Part shown: positions 16,906-27,379 of the stretch, in pieces
How the letters are laid out: every line of letters starts with the position of its first letter
How positions within the stretch are numbered: position 1 is the stretch's first letter
Assembly (NCBI GenBank): GCA_963728825.1
Contig: CAVSLA010000001.1
Span: 423,886-487,885, forward strand
DNA: 64,000 nucleotides
Reading direction: 5' to 3'
Origin: an uncultured Acidobacteriota bacterium
Lineage (GTDB): Bacteria; Acidobacteriota; Vicinamibacteria; Vicinamibacterales; CAVVIG01
Position numbers and translations under genes: made by a program
Notes under the pieces: generated by a model
Databases searched by the model: none
Told to the model about the DNA's origin: nothing
The model's input: the letters and a program-made list of their open reading frames with translations, nothing else

Positions 16906-19419
16906 CTACCCGGCCAGGGCGATCAGCGGATCGATTCGCGTCGCCCGTCGGGCCGGCAGCGCACACGCGGCGATCGCCACGCCCGCGAGCACAGTGGCCG
17001 CGGCCACCAGCACGAGCGGATCGGTGGCCGAGACGTGGAACAGCTGGCTTTGGAGGCTGCGCCGCAAGGCCAGGGCACCGGCGGCGCCCAGGGCAAAGCC
17101 AACGGCAATCAGCATCAGGCCCTCGCGGAGGATGAGATCGAAGATGCTGCGACCGCTGCTGCCGAGCGCGAGCCGGATGCCAATCTCCCGCGTGCGCTGT
17201 GTCACGACGTAGGCGAGGACGCCGTAGATGCCAATCGCCGACAACAGCAGCGCGATCGCGCCGAACGCCAATGACAGGACGACCGGCGATCGCCGGTTGA
17301 CGAGCGAGCGATCGACACGCTCGGTCATCGTCAACATGTCGAAGAGGGCCAGCTCGCGATCGAGCGCGGCGATCGCCTGGCGCACCGAGCCGCCGAGCGC
17401 CGCCGGATCGCCAGCGGTTTTGATGGCGTAGTTGAGCGCGAAGCCCTGCGCCTGCGGCGGCGGCATGTTCTGCAGAACCGGGAAGTAGACCGCTCCCACG
17501 AACTCGTCTTCCTGCGTGAGGCTCTGCAGCTTCATCTCGCGAATCACCCCGACGACGTCGATGAACACCGTCCGCTCGGTGATGGCCGTGAGATTGCTCG
17601 GATCGGTCGGCAGATACATCCGGCGGCCGATCGGGCTCTGACCCGGCCAGAACCGTCGGGCGAGTCGATCGTCGACGATGACCACGCGCGGCTGCGGAGC
17701 GCCGAACGCGGATGGCGCGGCGTCAGGCGGAGCCACGTCCCGTTCGTCGAAGAACCGGCCTGACATCAGCTGGACGCCCATCGCCTCGAAGAATCCGGGC
17801 GAGATACTCGACTGCGTCGGAGCGATCGCGGCCTCACCCGGCCGCATCTGGTAGCCTTCGGCGAAAATCACGCTGTTGTTTCCGCTGCCGCCGAGCGGCA
17901 TCATGCTCGTCGTGCCGGCCGCCTCGACGCCGGGCAACGCGCGAACGCGCTGCAGCGACTCGTTCAAGAACCCGATCATTGCGGTGTTTTCGCGGAACCT
18001 GGCTCGGGGCAGGACGGCCGATGCGGTCAACACGCGGTCGGCGGTGAAGCCGGGATCGACCGCCAGCACCTGCCGAAAGCTGGAGAACAACAGTCCCGCC
18101 CCAGCCAGCAGCACGAAGGCAAACGCCACTTGAGTGACGACGAGGGTGCGTCGCAGCAACCGCGTGCCGCGGCCGCTCGTTCCCGTCCGTCCCTCCTCGC
18201 GCAGCATCGTCGTCACGGTCGACGGCAGCACTGCCGCCGTCGGGATCAGCCCCAGCACGAAACCGATGGCCGCCCCGGCCGCCATCGTGACGGCAATCAC
18301 GACACCGTCGAGTCGAATCTCGGCGCCGCGCGGCAGTTCCTGGATGTTCAGCGCGCCGAGCAGGCGAAGCGCCGCCCAGCCGACCGCGAGGCCGACCGCC
18401 GACGACGCGAGCGCGAGCATCAGGCCTTCGGTGATCAGTTGGCGCGCGATCCGGCTTCGACGGGCGCCGAGCGCGACGCGCGTCGCCAGCTCCTTCAAGC
18501 GCGCGCGCGATCGCACCAGCACCAGATTGGCGACGTTCACACAACCGATCAACAGGACGAACAGCGCGCCGCCCCACATCAGATAGAGGGTCGTCCGCAC
18601 ATCGCGCACGAGGTCGTCCTGCAGCGGGCTGACAATCGTGTGGAAGCCGGCGTTGACGACCAGCTCCTTGAACTGGGGGAACCGATCGAGATTGGCGGTG
18701 TTCAGCCGATCGATCTCCGACTGCGCCTGCTGGAAGCTGGCGCCGGCTTTCAGTCGTCCGATCTGCTGGAGGTTGTTGCTGTGCCGTGACTGGTCCGACT
18801 TCTGGACGGGAGTAAACGCCAGCGCACGCCACAACATGACGTCGGGCCGGAGGTAGACGAAGCTCTGTGGCATGACGCCGACCACGGTGTAGGTCTGGCC
18901 GTCGATCGGCACGTCGCGGCCGACGACGGTCAGATCGCCGCCGAATGCCGACTGCCACAAGCCGTAACTCAGCACGATCTTCCGCTGATTGCCGGGCTCA
19001 CCCTCGTCGTCGGTGAAGGTCCGGCCGTGCAGCGGCTGAACCGCCAGCACTCGAAAGAACGACGGCGTGACGTTCATCGCACGAACGCGCGTCGGTGTGC
19101 CGTCCTGGTCGATATTGACGCTGGCGTTGTTGTAGACCGCCTGCTCCGCAAACGCCGTCGTCTCACGCAGCCGATCGAAGTAGTCGGGCACGCCCACCGC
19201 CCGCAGGTTTGCGGCCCCCGCTTTGGGGTAGGCGTTACCGATGATCGCGATCCGGTCGGACTCGGACATCGGCAGCGGCCGCAGCAGCACGTTGTTGACG
19301 ACCGCGAACAGCGCCACGTTCGCGCCAATGCACAGCGCCAGCGTCACGGCGACGGTGGCGCTGAAGCTGCGGTCCTTCCACAGCAGCCGCAACCCTACTT
19401 TGACGTCATGACTGAGCAT
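16906..19419 (-). CDS. ADOP-family duplicated FtsX/MacB-like permease, copy 2 (no PadR, no leader domain)
   Basis: [41 protein letters not shown], with a duplicated FtsX architecture and a C-terminal [13 protein letters not shown]. Confidence 0.85.
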   Translation of the reverse strand: MLSHDVKVGLRLLWKDRSFSATVAVTLALCIGANVALFAVVNNVLLRPLPMSESDRIAIIGNAYPKAGAANLRAVGVPDYFDRLRETTAFAEQAVYNNASVNIDQDGTPTRVRAMNVTPSFFRVLAVQPLHGRTFTDDEGEPGNQRKIVLSYGLWQSAFGGDLTVVGRDVPIDGQTYTVVGVMPQSFVYLRPDVMLWRALAFTPVQKSDQSRHSNNLQQIGRLKAGASFQQAQSEIDRLNTANLDRFPQFKELVVNAGFHTIVSPLQDDLVRDVRTTLYLMWGGALFVLLIGCVNVANLVLVRSRARLKELATRVALGARRSRIARQLITEGLMLALASSAVGLAVGWAALRLLGALNIQELPRGAEIRLDGVVIAVTMAAGAAIGFVLGLIPTAAVLPSTVTTMLREEGRTGTSGRGTRLLRRTLVVTQVAFAFVLLAGAGLLFSSFRQVLAVDPGFTADRVLTASAVLPRARFRENTAMIGFLNESLQRVRALPGVEAAGTTSMMPLGGSGNNSVIFAEGYQMRPGEAAIAPTQSSISPGFFEAMGVQLMSGRFFDERDVAPPDAAPSAFGAPQPRVVIVDDRLARRFWPGQSPIGRRMYLPTDPSNLTAITERTVFIDVVGVIREMKLQSLTQEDEFVGAVYFPVLQNMPPPQAQGFALNYAIKTAGDPAALGGSVRQAIAALDRELALFDMLTMTERVDRSLVNRRSPVVLSLAFGAIALLLSAIGIYGVLAYVVTQRTREIGIRLALGSSGRSIFDLILREGLMLIAVGFALGAAGALALRRSLQSQLFHVSATDPLVLVAAATVLAGVAIAACALPARRATRIDPLIALAG

Positions 19420-19443
19420 GTCAGTGCCTGCGGATCCGTACGT

Positions 19444-19493
19444 AGGTCGGGCCTCTCAGGCCCGACCTCTCCAAAGGTCAGGCCCGACCTCTC
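19444..19493. repeat. Family C hairpin element plus a 15-nt direct repeat of its right arm
   Basis: AGGTCGGGCCT ctc AGGCCCGACCT (11-bp perfect stem, 19444-19468). aggcccgacctctcc is then repeated at 19479-19493. Confidence 0.8.
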
Positions 19494-19551
19494 CGACCTC
19501 CCGGGGCCGCACTCCGCTTAGACGAGCCTGTGAATATGAAAGTTGTGGGAA

Positions 19552-20097
19552 TCAGCTCGGCAGACCGAACTCGACGAATCGCTTCAGCCGCCGGACCTGG
19601 GTGGTGAGCACCTGATCGACGTTCTTGACGACCGAATCGAGTCCCCCTCGCATGTAGCCGCCGACCACGTAAGTCATCTCGACGCGCGTCCGAGACCCCG
19701 CGTCGGTCAGGGTCCAGGTCATGGTGCCGATGACGGCCTGTTCGTGCAAGGGACCGAGCGCTCCGCGCAGCCGGAGGGTCTTGCCAGGATCGGCGAGGGT
19801 GACCGTCATGTGCTGAACCGTGCCACCGCTGGTCAGCCTTTCACAAAAGCACCCGTCGGCCCGCGCGTCAATCGTCATGTTCCGCGGATTCCCGGACCAC
19901 GTGTGTTGTGGATCCCACCAGGCCCCGACCTGTCCCGTCAACGCGCGATAGACGGTGCCCGACCCTGCGGAAATCTCGGCGGTCGTTTTCGTCGTGAATC
20001 CGGCGGGCGTCGACTCGATCACCTCGGCGCGGCCGGCCGACCCGAGAAAGAGGCCGATCACGCCGATCGAGAAGAGGACGGTCAACCTTCGTTGCAT
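19552..20097 (-). CDS. SRPBCC (START/Aha1-like) domain protein with signal peptide
   Basis: VYRALTGQVGAWWDPQHTWSG...RVEMTYVVGGY pattern resembles SRPBCC ligand-binding proteins. N-terminal MQRRLTVLFSIGVIGLFLGSAGRAE. Confidence 0.55.
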   Translation of the reverse strand: MQRRLTVLFSIGVIGLFLGSAGRAEVIESTPAGFTTKTTAEISAGSGTVYRALTGQVGAWWDPQHTWSGNPRNMTIDARADGCFCERLTSGGTVQHMTVTLADPGKTLRLRGALGPLHEQAVIGTMTWTLTDAGSRTRVEMTYVVGGYMRGGLDSVVKNVDQVLTTQVRRLKRFVEFGLPS

Positions 20098-20858
20098 GAC
20101 GGCTCCGGCTTCATTGGTACTGCTGCGATCGCGACGACATCGCCGCGCAGTACCCTCGCGCGGCCGATCGAGCGGCGCATCGTCACGGAAAACCCCGCGC
20201 GACCGAGCGCCGCACGAATCGTTTCACGGTCGTAGAGCCGCACATGATGGATCTCGCGAGAGCGGCGATAGTGGCGGCCGACTCTCCGGAACGTCGTCAT
20301 CTCGCGCGTCAGCATCCGGCCGTTGGCCTCGGCGCGCGTCACGATCGCCCAGTCTTGTCCGGTGCGTCCCTGGCCATCGAAGGTCCGCCCGTCGGCCGAT
20401 TCCATGAAATCGAACAGCAGGAGGCCGCGCGGAGTGAGGGCGCGAGCGGCGCGATCGAAGAAGTGAAAGAGCCTCGTATCGTGGCGCCGAACGGCGGCCA
20501 CGCCGCGACCCGGAAGGTAATTCACCACTTCGCCGAGCGCGACGATCGCCTCACACCGGGGAATCGCCGCTGCAGCAAGCGTCCCGACTTTGAACGCCGC
20601 GCCCGGCGCCTGGTCACGCGCGATACGAATCATCGCCGGCGACTGATCGATGCCGAGGACTCGAAAGCCCCGTCTTGAAAGATCGCGCACCAGCGATCCG
20701 CCGCCGCATCCGAGCTCGATAACCAACGGCCGCTGCCCGGTCGGCCGCTTTTGCCGGAACCGACGACGGAGCAGGCGCGCGATCTCGGGCGCAGCCTGAT
20801 GTATGAAGTCCTCGAACCCCGCATGATGGATGTAGGCGAGGTCATCCGAGTAGATCAT
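20082..20858 (-). CDS. Class I SAM-dependent methyltransferase
   Basis: MIYSDDLAYIHHAGF..VIELGCGGGSLVRDLSRRGFRVLGIDQSPAMI (motif I). The track fuses it to an upstream frame (20082..21380). The ATG at 20858 overlaps the stop of the preceding gene (ATGA). Confidence 0.8.
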   Translation of the reverse strand: MIYSDDLAYIHHAGFEDFIHQAAPEIARLLRRRFRQKRPTGQRPLVIELGCGGGSLVRDLSRRGFRVLGIDQSPAMIRIARDQAPGAAFKVGTLAAAAIPRCEAIVALGEVVNYLPGRGVAAVRRHDTRLFHFFDRAARALTPRGLLLFDFMESADGRTFDGQGRTGQDWAIVTRAEANGRMLTREMTTFRRVGRHYRRSREIHHVRLYDRETIRAALGRAGFSVTMRRSIGRARVLRGDVVAIAAVPMKPEPSCNEG

Positions 20859-21274
20859 TCCCGGTACAACCAGGCCCCGGCAACGGACGCTAGAACGACC
20901 TCGCCGAAGGCCCAGGCCAGGCTGACCAGGATCACGCCAGGTGGAAACATCTGCATCACCGCATTGCCCATCTGCGGCCACAGAAACGCGAAGAACCAGA
21001 CGAGGGCGCCGTTCAGCACGGCCGTCGGCACGCCAGGTCCGAATCGCGTCCGGATGGCGGCGTACAGCCACACGATGCCGATGCCGAGCCCGAAGCACAT
21101 GAACACGAAGCTCATGATCTCGCGCGTGCCGAGCGGCGGCAGGTTGCGCGCGGCAATCGTGGCCTCCATCTGCTCGGCCACGACGAACAGGTTCAACACT
21201 GATTCGCCGATGTTGAGGACCAGACCCGCCAGCAAGCCGCCGGCGATCACCCGTCCGATGTTGATCTTTCCCAT
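20855..21274 (-). CDS. Small integral membrane protein (about 4 TM), function unknown
   Basis: MGKINIGRVIAGGLLAGLVLNIGESVLN..FVFMCFGLGIGIVWLYAAI..ALVWFFAFLWPQMG..VILVSLAWAFGEVVLASVAGAWLY. Purine-rich RBS before the ATG at 21274. Confidence 0.5.
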   Translation of the reverse strand: MGKINIGRVIAGGLLAGLVLNIGESVLNLFVVAEQMEATIAARNLPPLGTREIMSFVFMCFGLGIGIVWLYAAIRTRFGPGVPTAVLNGALVWFFAFLWPQMGNAVMQMFPPGVILVSLAWAFGEVVLASVAGAWLYRE

Positions 21275-21401
21275 CCGGCCCTCTTCTCTCAATGGCGTTG
21301 TGGCGCCGGCAGCGTTTGACGCTGATGCTGCGGGCGCTGCTGTTGTCGAGGTCGCTATACTGCCAGAAACCTCCTATCACCGGTAGTACGATCGGCGCCG
21401 C

Positions 21402-22640
21402 ATGACCGACCCGCGGCGCGTCATCGGGGAACTGCGCGAGCTCGAGGCGCTGACGTCGAACCAGGACGGCGCGCAGCGGGTCGCCTGGAGTCCCGTCTGG
21501 CAGCAGGCCCGCGAGTGGTTCGGCGCCAAGCTCGCGGCCTTGGGCGTCGCGCGCGAGCTCGACGCCGCCGGCAATGCCTGGTTCACCATGCCAGGCCGGT
21601 CACCAAAGACGGTGATTCTCGGCTCGCATCTCGATTCAGTGCCGAACGGCGGGTGGCTGGACGGAGCGCTCGGCATGCTCGCCGCGCTCGAGGCGGTGCG
21701 TGTCCACGCCAGTCAGTCACCGGTCACACTGCGACTGGTCGACTGGGCGGACGAGGAAGGACGGTTCGGCTTGAGCCTGCTCGGGTCGTCGGCCGCCGCC
21801 GGCCGGATCGATCTCGATGCGGCGCGCCGTGCGTCGGACAAGACCGGTGTCCGGCTGGTGGACGCGCTGCGGGCGAACGGCGTCAGCCTCGAGACCATGC
21901 CTGCCGCGCGGCAGTATCTCCAGGCGATCGATGCCCGCGCCTATCTCGAGCTGCATATCGAGCAGGGGCCGGTGCTCGCCTCTCAGAATGCCGCGGTCGG
22001 CGTTGTCAGTGGAACGTTCGGCGTCGAACGGCATCTGCTGCGATTCGCCGGCCAGGCCGCTCACGCCGGTTCGACGCCGCTCGAGATGCGCCGCGACGCG
22101 TTTCTGGCCGCCGCCGAGACGGCGATCGAATGCCGCGCGATCGCCCGGCGCCTGGTGGAACGCGGAACGCCGGCCGTCTGCACCACCGGCTCGGTCAACG
22201 TCCAGCCCAACATCCCGACAGCGATTCCGGGGCTCTGCGAGATGTCGCTCGATCAGCGCGCCCTCGATGCGCACGCGCTCGCCACGATCGTTGCTGAGGC
22301 ACGCGCCGCGTCCGAGCGATGTGCCGCTGCCAATCGCGTGAGCGTCGACTGGCGGACGCTGTGGCGCATCGAGCCGCGGCCGTTCGACGCCGCGCTGATG
22401 GCGTCGTGCGAGGAAGCGGTCCGCGAAGAGACCGGCCAGGCGCCACGTCTGCCGTCCGGGCCGGTGCACGACGCGACCGAGATGGCCGCACTCATGCCGG
22501 TGGTGATGATGTTTGCGGCATCACCCAACGGGCTATCTCATTGCAAGGAGGAGGACACACCCGAACCCGTTCTCGAACACGCGATCCGCGCCTACGTGCG
22601 GCTGGTCGGCAGGGCGATCGAGCGGGCGGCGATTAGCTGA
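21402..22640 (+). CDS. M20-family Zn-dependent amidohydrolase (allantoate amidohydrolase / N-carbamoyl-amino-acid hydrolase type)
   Basis: GSHLDSVPNGGWLDGALGMLAALE..DWADEEGRFG..LELHIEQGPVL..GQAAHAGSTP is the classic AmaB/AllC-family motif order. Confidence 0.85.
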   Translation: MTDPRRVIGELRELEALTSNQDGAQRVAWSPVWQQAREWFGAKLAALGVARELDAAGNAWFTMPGRSPKTVILGSHLDSVPNGGWLDGALGMLAALEAVRVHASQSPVTLRLVDWADEEGRFGLSLLGSSAAAGRIDLDAARRASDKTGVRLVDALRANGVSLETMPAARQYLQAIDARAYLELHIEQGPVLASQNAAVGVVSGTFGVERHLLRFAGQAAHAGSTPLEMRRDAFLAAAETAIECRAIARRLVERGTPAVCTTGSVNVQPNIPTAIPGLCEMSLDQRALDAHALATIVAEARAASERCAAANRVSVDWRTLWRIEPRPFDAALMASCEEAVREETGQAPRLPSGPVHDATEMAALMPVVMMFAASPNGLSHCKEEDTPEPVLEHAIRAYVRLVGRAIERAAIS

Positions 22641-22724
22641 AGCGGGGCATCGGCTGTGACGCGTCCACATCTGTTATGATCCGCCGCCCGAAGTGGAAGG
22701 ACCACGGGGTGGAGATCGCAGATC

Positions 22725-23972
22725 ATGAATCGATGGCTTCCGGTTGTCGGTGGCGTGTGCATGAATCTCGCGCTCGGTTCGCTCTATGCGTGGAGCGTAT
22801 TCGTGCTGCCGCTCGAGAAGGAATTCGGCTGGACCCGCGCGCAGACCTCATGGGTATTCACGATTGCGATCGTCGTCTTCGCCGCAGCGTTCGTGCTCGC
22901 GGGACGCATTCAGGACAAGCGCGGGCCGCGGATCTGCGCGGCCGTCGGCGGCACGCTGGTCGGCCTCGGTTTCATCCTGGCGAGCTGGACCACCACCCTG
23001 CCCTTCCTCTATCTGATCTTCGCGATCATCGGCATCGGCAACGGGTTTGGCTATGCGACGCCAGTACCCGTCGCGTCGAAATGGTTCCCCGACAAACGCG
23101 GCCTGGTCGTCGGCCTGATGGTCGGAGGCTACGGCGGCGGCTCGGCCATCTTCGGACCACTGGCCATCCGCCTGATCGAAACTGTCGGCTGGCGACAGAC
23201 CTTCCAGATTCTCGGCGTGTTGTTCTTCATCATGGGGATGATCGGCACCTGGCTGCTCGTCAACCCTCCCGCCGGCTACCAACCGCCGGGGTGGAAGCCG
23301 GTCGCGACCGGCGCGGTCGCGCAGCGCAGCACTCGCGATTACTCGACTGCGGAAATGATGCGCACACCGACGTTCTATTTTCTCTGGATCGCCTACTGCT
23401 TTGGCGCCACGGCGGGTCTCATGACCATCAGTCAGCTGGTGCCGTTCGCGCAGGCCTCGGGTCTCGGAGCCGCCGCCGCCACCCTCGTCCTGCCGATCAG
23501 CGCCGCGGGCAACGCCGGAGGACGGATCCTGTCGGGCTGGATGTCCGATACGCTCGGACGGCTGACGACGCTCCGTGTCATGGTGATTCTGTCCGCCGTC
23601 GCGATGCCGGTCTTGTTCGCCGTGCGTCAGGAGGTCTTCCTGTTTTTTCTGCTCGTGGCGGTGGTGTACTGGTGCTACGGCACGCAGTTGTCGGTGTTTG
23701 CTTCGACGACGGCCGATTTCTTCGGGACGCGCAATCTTGGGCTGAACTACGGCGTGCTGTTCACGGCGTGGGGAATCGCAGGAGTGCTGGGACCGATCAT
23801 CGCCGCTCAGGTCTTCGACGCATTCGGCGATTACCAGTATGCCTTCTACGCCGCCGGCGGGCTCGCGCTGCTCGCGTTCGTGTCTCTTCTGCTCGCCCGT
23901 CCGCCGAGTTTCTCGGTTGCACCGGCAGCTGACGTGATGGCGCCGGCGGCGGCCAAAACGCGGCCTGTTTAG
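22725..23972 (+). CDS. MFS transporter, oxalate:formate antiporter (OFA)-like
   Basis: MNRWLPVVGGVCMNLALGSLYAWSVFVLPLEKEFGW is the typical OFA N-terminus; 12-TM pattern. Confidence 0.85.
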   Translation: MNRWLPVVGGVCMNLALGSLYAWSVFVLPLEKEFGWTRAQTSWVFTIAIVVFAAAFVLAGRIQDKRGPRICAAVGGTLVGLGFILASWTTTLPFLYLIFAIIGIGNGFGYATPVPVASKWFPDKRGLVVGLMVGGYGGGSAIFGPLAIRLIETVGWRQTFQILGVLFFIMGMIGTWLLVNPPAGYQPPGWKPVATGAVAQRSTRDYSTAEMMRTPTFYFLWIAYCFGATAGLMTISQLVPFAQASGLGAAAATLVLPISAAGNAGGRILSGWMSDTLGRLTTLRVMVILSAVAMPVLFAVRQEVFLFFLLVAVVYWCYGTQLSVFASTTADFFGTRNLGLNYGVLFTAWGIAGVLGPIIAAQVFDAFGDYQYAFYAAGGLALLAFVSLLLARPPSFSVAPAADVMAPAAAKTRPV

Positions 23973-23994
23973 CTCTTATCGAGGAGTGATTCAT

Positions 23995-26112
23995 ATGTCA
24001 GAGGTCAAAGACCAGCGGGACGTCACCGAAGCTCAGATCGCGTCCCACTGGAAGGAGGAAGGGTTCCTGCACCCTCCCGTCGAATTCGTCGCTCAGGCCA
24101 ACATGGCGGATCCGGCCGTGTTCGAGCGATTCAACGGCAAGAACTTCCCGAATTGTTTTCGCGAGTACGCGGATCTTCTTGACTGGGATCAATACTGGCA
24201 CACCATCCTGGACTCATCGAATCCCCCGTTCTTCAAGTGGTTCGCCGGCGGACGGCTGAATGCGTCTTACAACTGCGTCGACCGGCACCTGACCAAGTAC
24301 CGGAACAAGGCGGCGTTCATCTGGGTGGCAGAACCTGAGAGCGAGCCCGACCGGGTCATCACCTACCAGGAGCTCTGGGTCAGGGTCAACGAGTTCGCGG
24401 CGCTGCTCAGGGATTTCGCCGGTTTGAAAGCGGGTGACCGGGTCACCTTTCACCTGCCGATGACGCCGGATCTTCCGGTCGCGATGCTGGCCGCGGCGAG
24501 ACTGGGCGTCGTCCACTCGCAGGTGTTTGGCGGATTCAGCGGCGCGGCCTGCGGCGATCGCATCGCGGACTCCCAGTGTCGAGTCCTGGTCACGATGGAC
24601 GCGTATTGGCGGAACGGCCAGTTGATCGATCACAAGATCAAGGCCGATGAGGCGGTCGAGAACGCCGCCAAGCAGGGGTTCAAGGTCGACAAGGTTCTGG
24701 TGTTCCGCCGCTACGCCGGAAAAAACTCGTCGCCCACGCCAATGGTCGAAGGCCGCGATTTTTTCGTGGACGACGTTCTCAAGGATTTCCGCGGCAAACG
24801 GGTCGAGCCGGTCTCGATGCCGGCCGAGGCGCCGCTGTTCCTGATGTACACCAGCGGTACGACCGCCAAGCCCAAGGGTTGTCAGCACAGCACCGGTGGC
24901 TATCTCTCGTATGTGGCGGGCACCGCCAAGTACTACCAGGACATCCATCCCGAGGACGTCTACTGGTGCTTTGCCGATATCGGATGGATCACCGGCCACT
25001 CCTACATCGTCTACGGCCCGCTGTCGTTGGCAGCGACCGGCGTCCTCTACGAAGGTGTGCCGACCTTTCCCGATCCCGGCAGGCCATGGAGAATCGCCGA
25101 GCGGCTGAACGTGAACATCTTCCACACGGCCCCCACGACCATCCGGATGCTGCGGAAGGCCGGACCGGACGAACCCGCCAAGTACAACTATCACTTCAAG
25201 CACATGACGACGGTGGGCGAACCCATCGAGCCTGAAGTCTGGAAGTGGTACTACGATGTGGTCGGCAAGAGAGAGGCTGCGATCGTCGACACGTGGTGGC
25301 AGACCGAAACCGGTGGCTTCATCGGCACGACGCTGCCGGCGCTTCAGCCGATGAAGCCTGGCAGCTGTGGTCCCGGTGCTCTGGGAATCTCTCTCGCGAT
25401 CTTCGACGAAGAGGGGAAACCGGTCGAACCTGGAAGCGGGAAGGGCGGCAACATCTGCGTGACCAATCCGTGGCCAGGTCTGGAGCAGACGATCTGGGGC
25501 GACCCTCAGCGATTCGTCGCCACCTACTTCAAGAAGTACTGCAAAGACCCGAACAGCAAGGATTGGCGCGACTGGCCCTACGTGACCGGCGACGGAGCGA
25601 TGCAGGCCAAGGACGGCTACTTCCGCATCGTGGGCCGCGTCGACGATGTCATCAACGTTGCCGGCCACCGTTTGGGTACCAAGGAGCTCGAGTCGGCGGC
25701 GCTGACCGTCGAGGCGGTTGGTGAGGCGGCCGCGGTACCGGCGGTCGACGACCTGAAAGGCAGAGTCCCCGAGATCTACGTCTCTTTGAAGCCAGGGTAC
25801 GAAGCGTCCACCGCGGTGGAAGATCAGGTGAAGCAGGCGGTCACGAAGCTGATCGGCCCGATGGCGCGGCCGACGCGCGTGTGGATCAGCAGTGACCTGC
25901 CGAAGACCCGCTCAGGCAAGATCATGCGACGGGTCATCGCGGCGATCTCGAACTTCATCGATGTGGGGGACGTCACGACATTGGCGAATCCCGAGGTCGT
26001 GGAAGTGATCCGCAGGCATGTCCAGAGCGTCAAGGCCAAGGACGGCGCGATTCCGAAGTCGATGTCGAAGGAAATAGAGGAGGAGCTGCGCAAGTTCGGA
26101 GATGTGAGCTAA
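23995..26112 (+). CDS. Acetyl-CoA synthetase-like AMP-forming acyl-CoA ligase (long form)
   Basis: WFAGGRLNASYNCVDRHL, LMYTSGTTAKPKG (AMP motif), WWQTETGG and DLPKTRSGKIMRR. GGAG lies 9 nt before the ATG at 23995; the track starts at the GTG at 23986. Confidence 0.85.
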   Translation: MSEVKDQRDVTEAQIASHWKEEGFLHPPVEFVAQANMADPAVFERFNGKNFPNCFREYADLLDWDQYWHTILDSSNPPFFKWFAGGRLNASYNCVDRHLTKYRNKAAFIWVAEPESEPDRVITYQELWVRVNEFAALLRDFAGLKAGDRVTFHLPMTPDLPVAMLAAARLGVVHSQVFGGFSGAACGDRIADSQCRVLVTMDAYWRNGQLIDHKIKADEAVENAAKQGFKVDKVLVFRRYAGKNSSPTPMVEGRDFFVDDVLKDFRGKRVEPVSMPAEAPLFLMYTSGTTAKPKGCQHSTGGYLSYVAGTAKYYQDIHPEDVYWCFADIGWITGHSYIVYGPLSLAATGVLYEGVPTFPDPGRPWRIAERLNVNIFHTAPTTIRMLRKAGPDEPAKYNYHFKHMTTVGEPIEPEVWKWYYDVVGKREAAIVDTWWQTETGGFIGTTLPALQPMKPGSCGPGALGISLAIFDEEGKPVEPGSGKGGNICVTNPWPGLEQTIWGDPQRFVATYFKKYCKDPNSKDWRDWPYVTGDGAMQAKDGYFRIVGRVDDVINVAGHRLGTKELESAALTVEAVGEAAAVPAVDDLKGRVPEIYVSLKPGYEASTAVEDQVKQAVTKLIGPMARPTRVWISSDLPKTRSGKIMRRVIAAISNFIDVGDVTTLANPEVVEVIRRHVQSVKAKDGAIPKSMSKEIEEELRKFGDVS

Positions 26113-26799
26113 GGCACCTCTTCGACTGGCTTTCCGTTGATCGACTCGGTACTGGTAGGTCATCGTCATCGTCGATTTGCCGGCGATCCGGACGCTCGCC
26201 ACGGATTCGAGCTTGACGGGCACACGGACGCCGGCTCTCCGTTCATAGGTTCGAACGATCTCGACTTTACGAGTCCAGAAGGACGGGGTTTTCGAAAGCG
26301 CTCCTTCGATGCGGACGAGGTCGCCGTCGTGCGGCCTCAGGAAAATCGATCCGTTGACGAGCAGGACGTCCTTGCGCCGTGGTGTGACGCCGATCCATGC
26401 GAGCCCGGTCGGCTCCGCGCCACGATCTTCAAAAGTGTAATTGGCGAGCGTGAACGCGCCGCGATCGCCGGCGCCCCACATGGTGCGCTCCGTCTCGAGG
26501 GCCTGAACGAACACGCGTTCACGCACGTAGCCGGAGCCGCCCTCGCCGACGATCTCGTAGTGGAAGCCGGACTCATCGGCCTCGGTCCAGACGCTCATCC
26601 AGGCGGCCTCGCTCAGGCGATCGTTTCGCACCTCCATCCGGCGCAACGCGCGGTAGGCGGTCGGTCCCTGTTCGACGGTTGTGAGAAACCGCTGAAGTAC
26701 ATGTGGAAGCTGACTCTCGTCGAGCTTATCGGCGCTGATGGAAATGTCGCAGAGTAGAAGGGCCGGGAGGAGCGCGCTGGTGGCGAGCGCCCTGCGCAT
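26109..26799 (-). CDS. Secreted protein of unknown function (possibly LolA-like fold), with an apparent 1-nt frameshift near its 3' end
   Basis: Signal-like MRRALATSALLPALLLC. In the track frame the last ~70 aa are antisense to the acs 3' end. Skipping one base in atgacctaccagtacc (26137-26152) gives ..MTMTYQY/ESINGKPVEEVP and a stop at 26109-26111. Confidence 0.45.
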
Positions 26800-26826
26800 G
26801 CCCGGCAGGTAGCAAGGAGTGCGCCA

Positions 26827-27312
26827 TCAGAGCAGCGACTGCTGGCGAACCTGCTCGGCCAGTTCTTCGCGGTATGCCTGCAGTTTTTCGCGGAGATCGG
26901 GCCGGGACGTTGCCAGAATGGCCACCGCCAGCAAGCCGGCGTTGGCCGCCCCGGATGGTCCGATTGCGACGGTCGCTACCGGTATGCCTTTGGGCATCTG
27001 AACGGTAGACAACAGGGAGTCGAGCCCGTTCAGGGCGCTGGTGACCGGCACGCCAATGACGGGCAGCACGGTGTGCGCGGCGATGACGCCAGCCAGATGG
27101 GCGGCGCCGCCGGCGCCGGCAATAATCACCTGCAACCCGCGCGCGGCCGCGCCCGAGGCGTAGGCCGCCGTGTCGACCGGCGTTCGATGCGCGGACATGA
27201 CGCGCGATTCGTGGGCAATCCCGAATCGCGTCAGCATCTCGTCGGCCTGACGCATCGTCTCCCAATCCGACTTGCTTCCCATGATGATGGCAACGAGTGG
27301 CGTATCTGACAT
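26827..27312 (-). CDS. purE: 5-(carboxyamino)imidazole ribonucleotide mutase
   Basis: [48 protein letters not shown], full-length PurE signature. Confidence 0.9.
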   Translation of the reverse strand: MSDTPLVAIIMGSKSDWETMRQADEMLTRFGIAHESRVMSAHRTPVDTAAYASGAAARGLQVIIAGAGGAAHLAGVIAAHTVLPVIGVPVTSALNGLDSLLSTVQMPKGIPVATVAIGPSGAANAGLLAVAILATSRPDLREKLQAYREELAEQVRQQSLL

Positions 27313-27379
27313 TTGTTAAGCTCTCGCAGGGCCGAGCCCCGAAAACCGAGCCGTCATTGTACGGGAGTAGAATCGCTTC

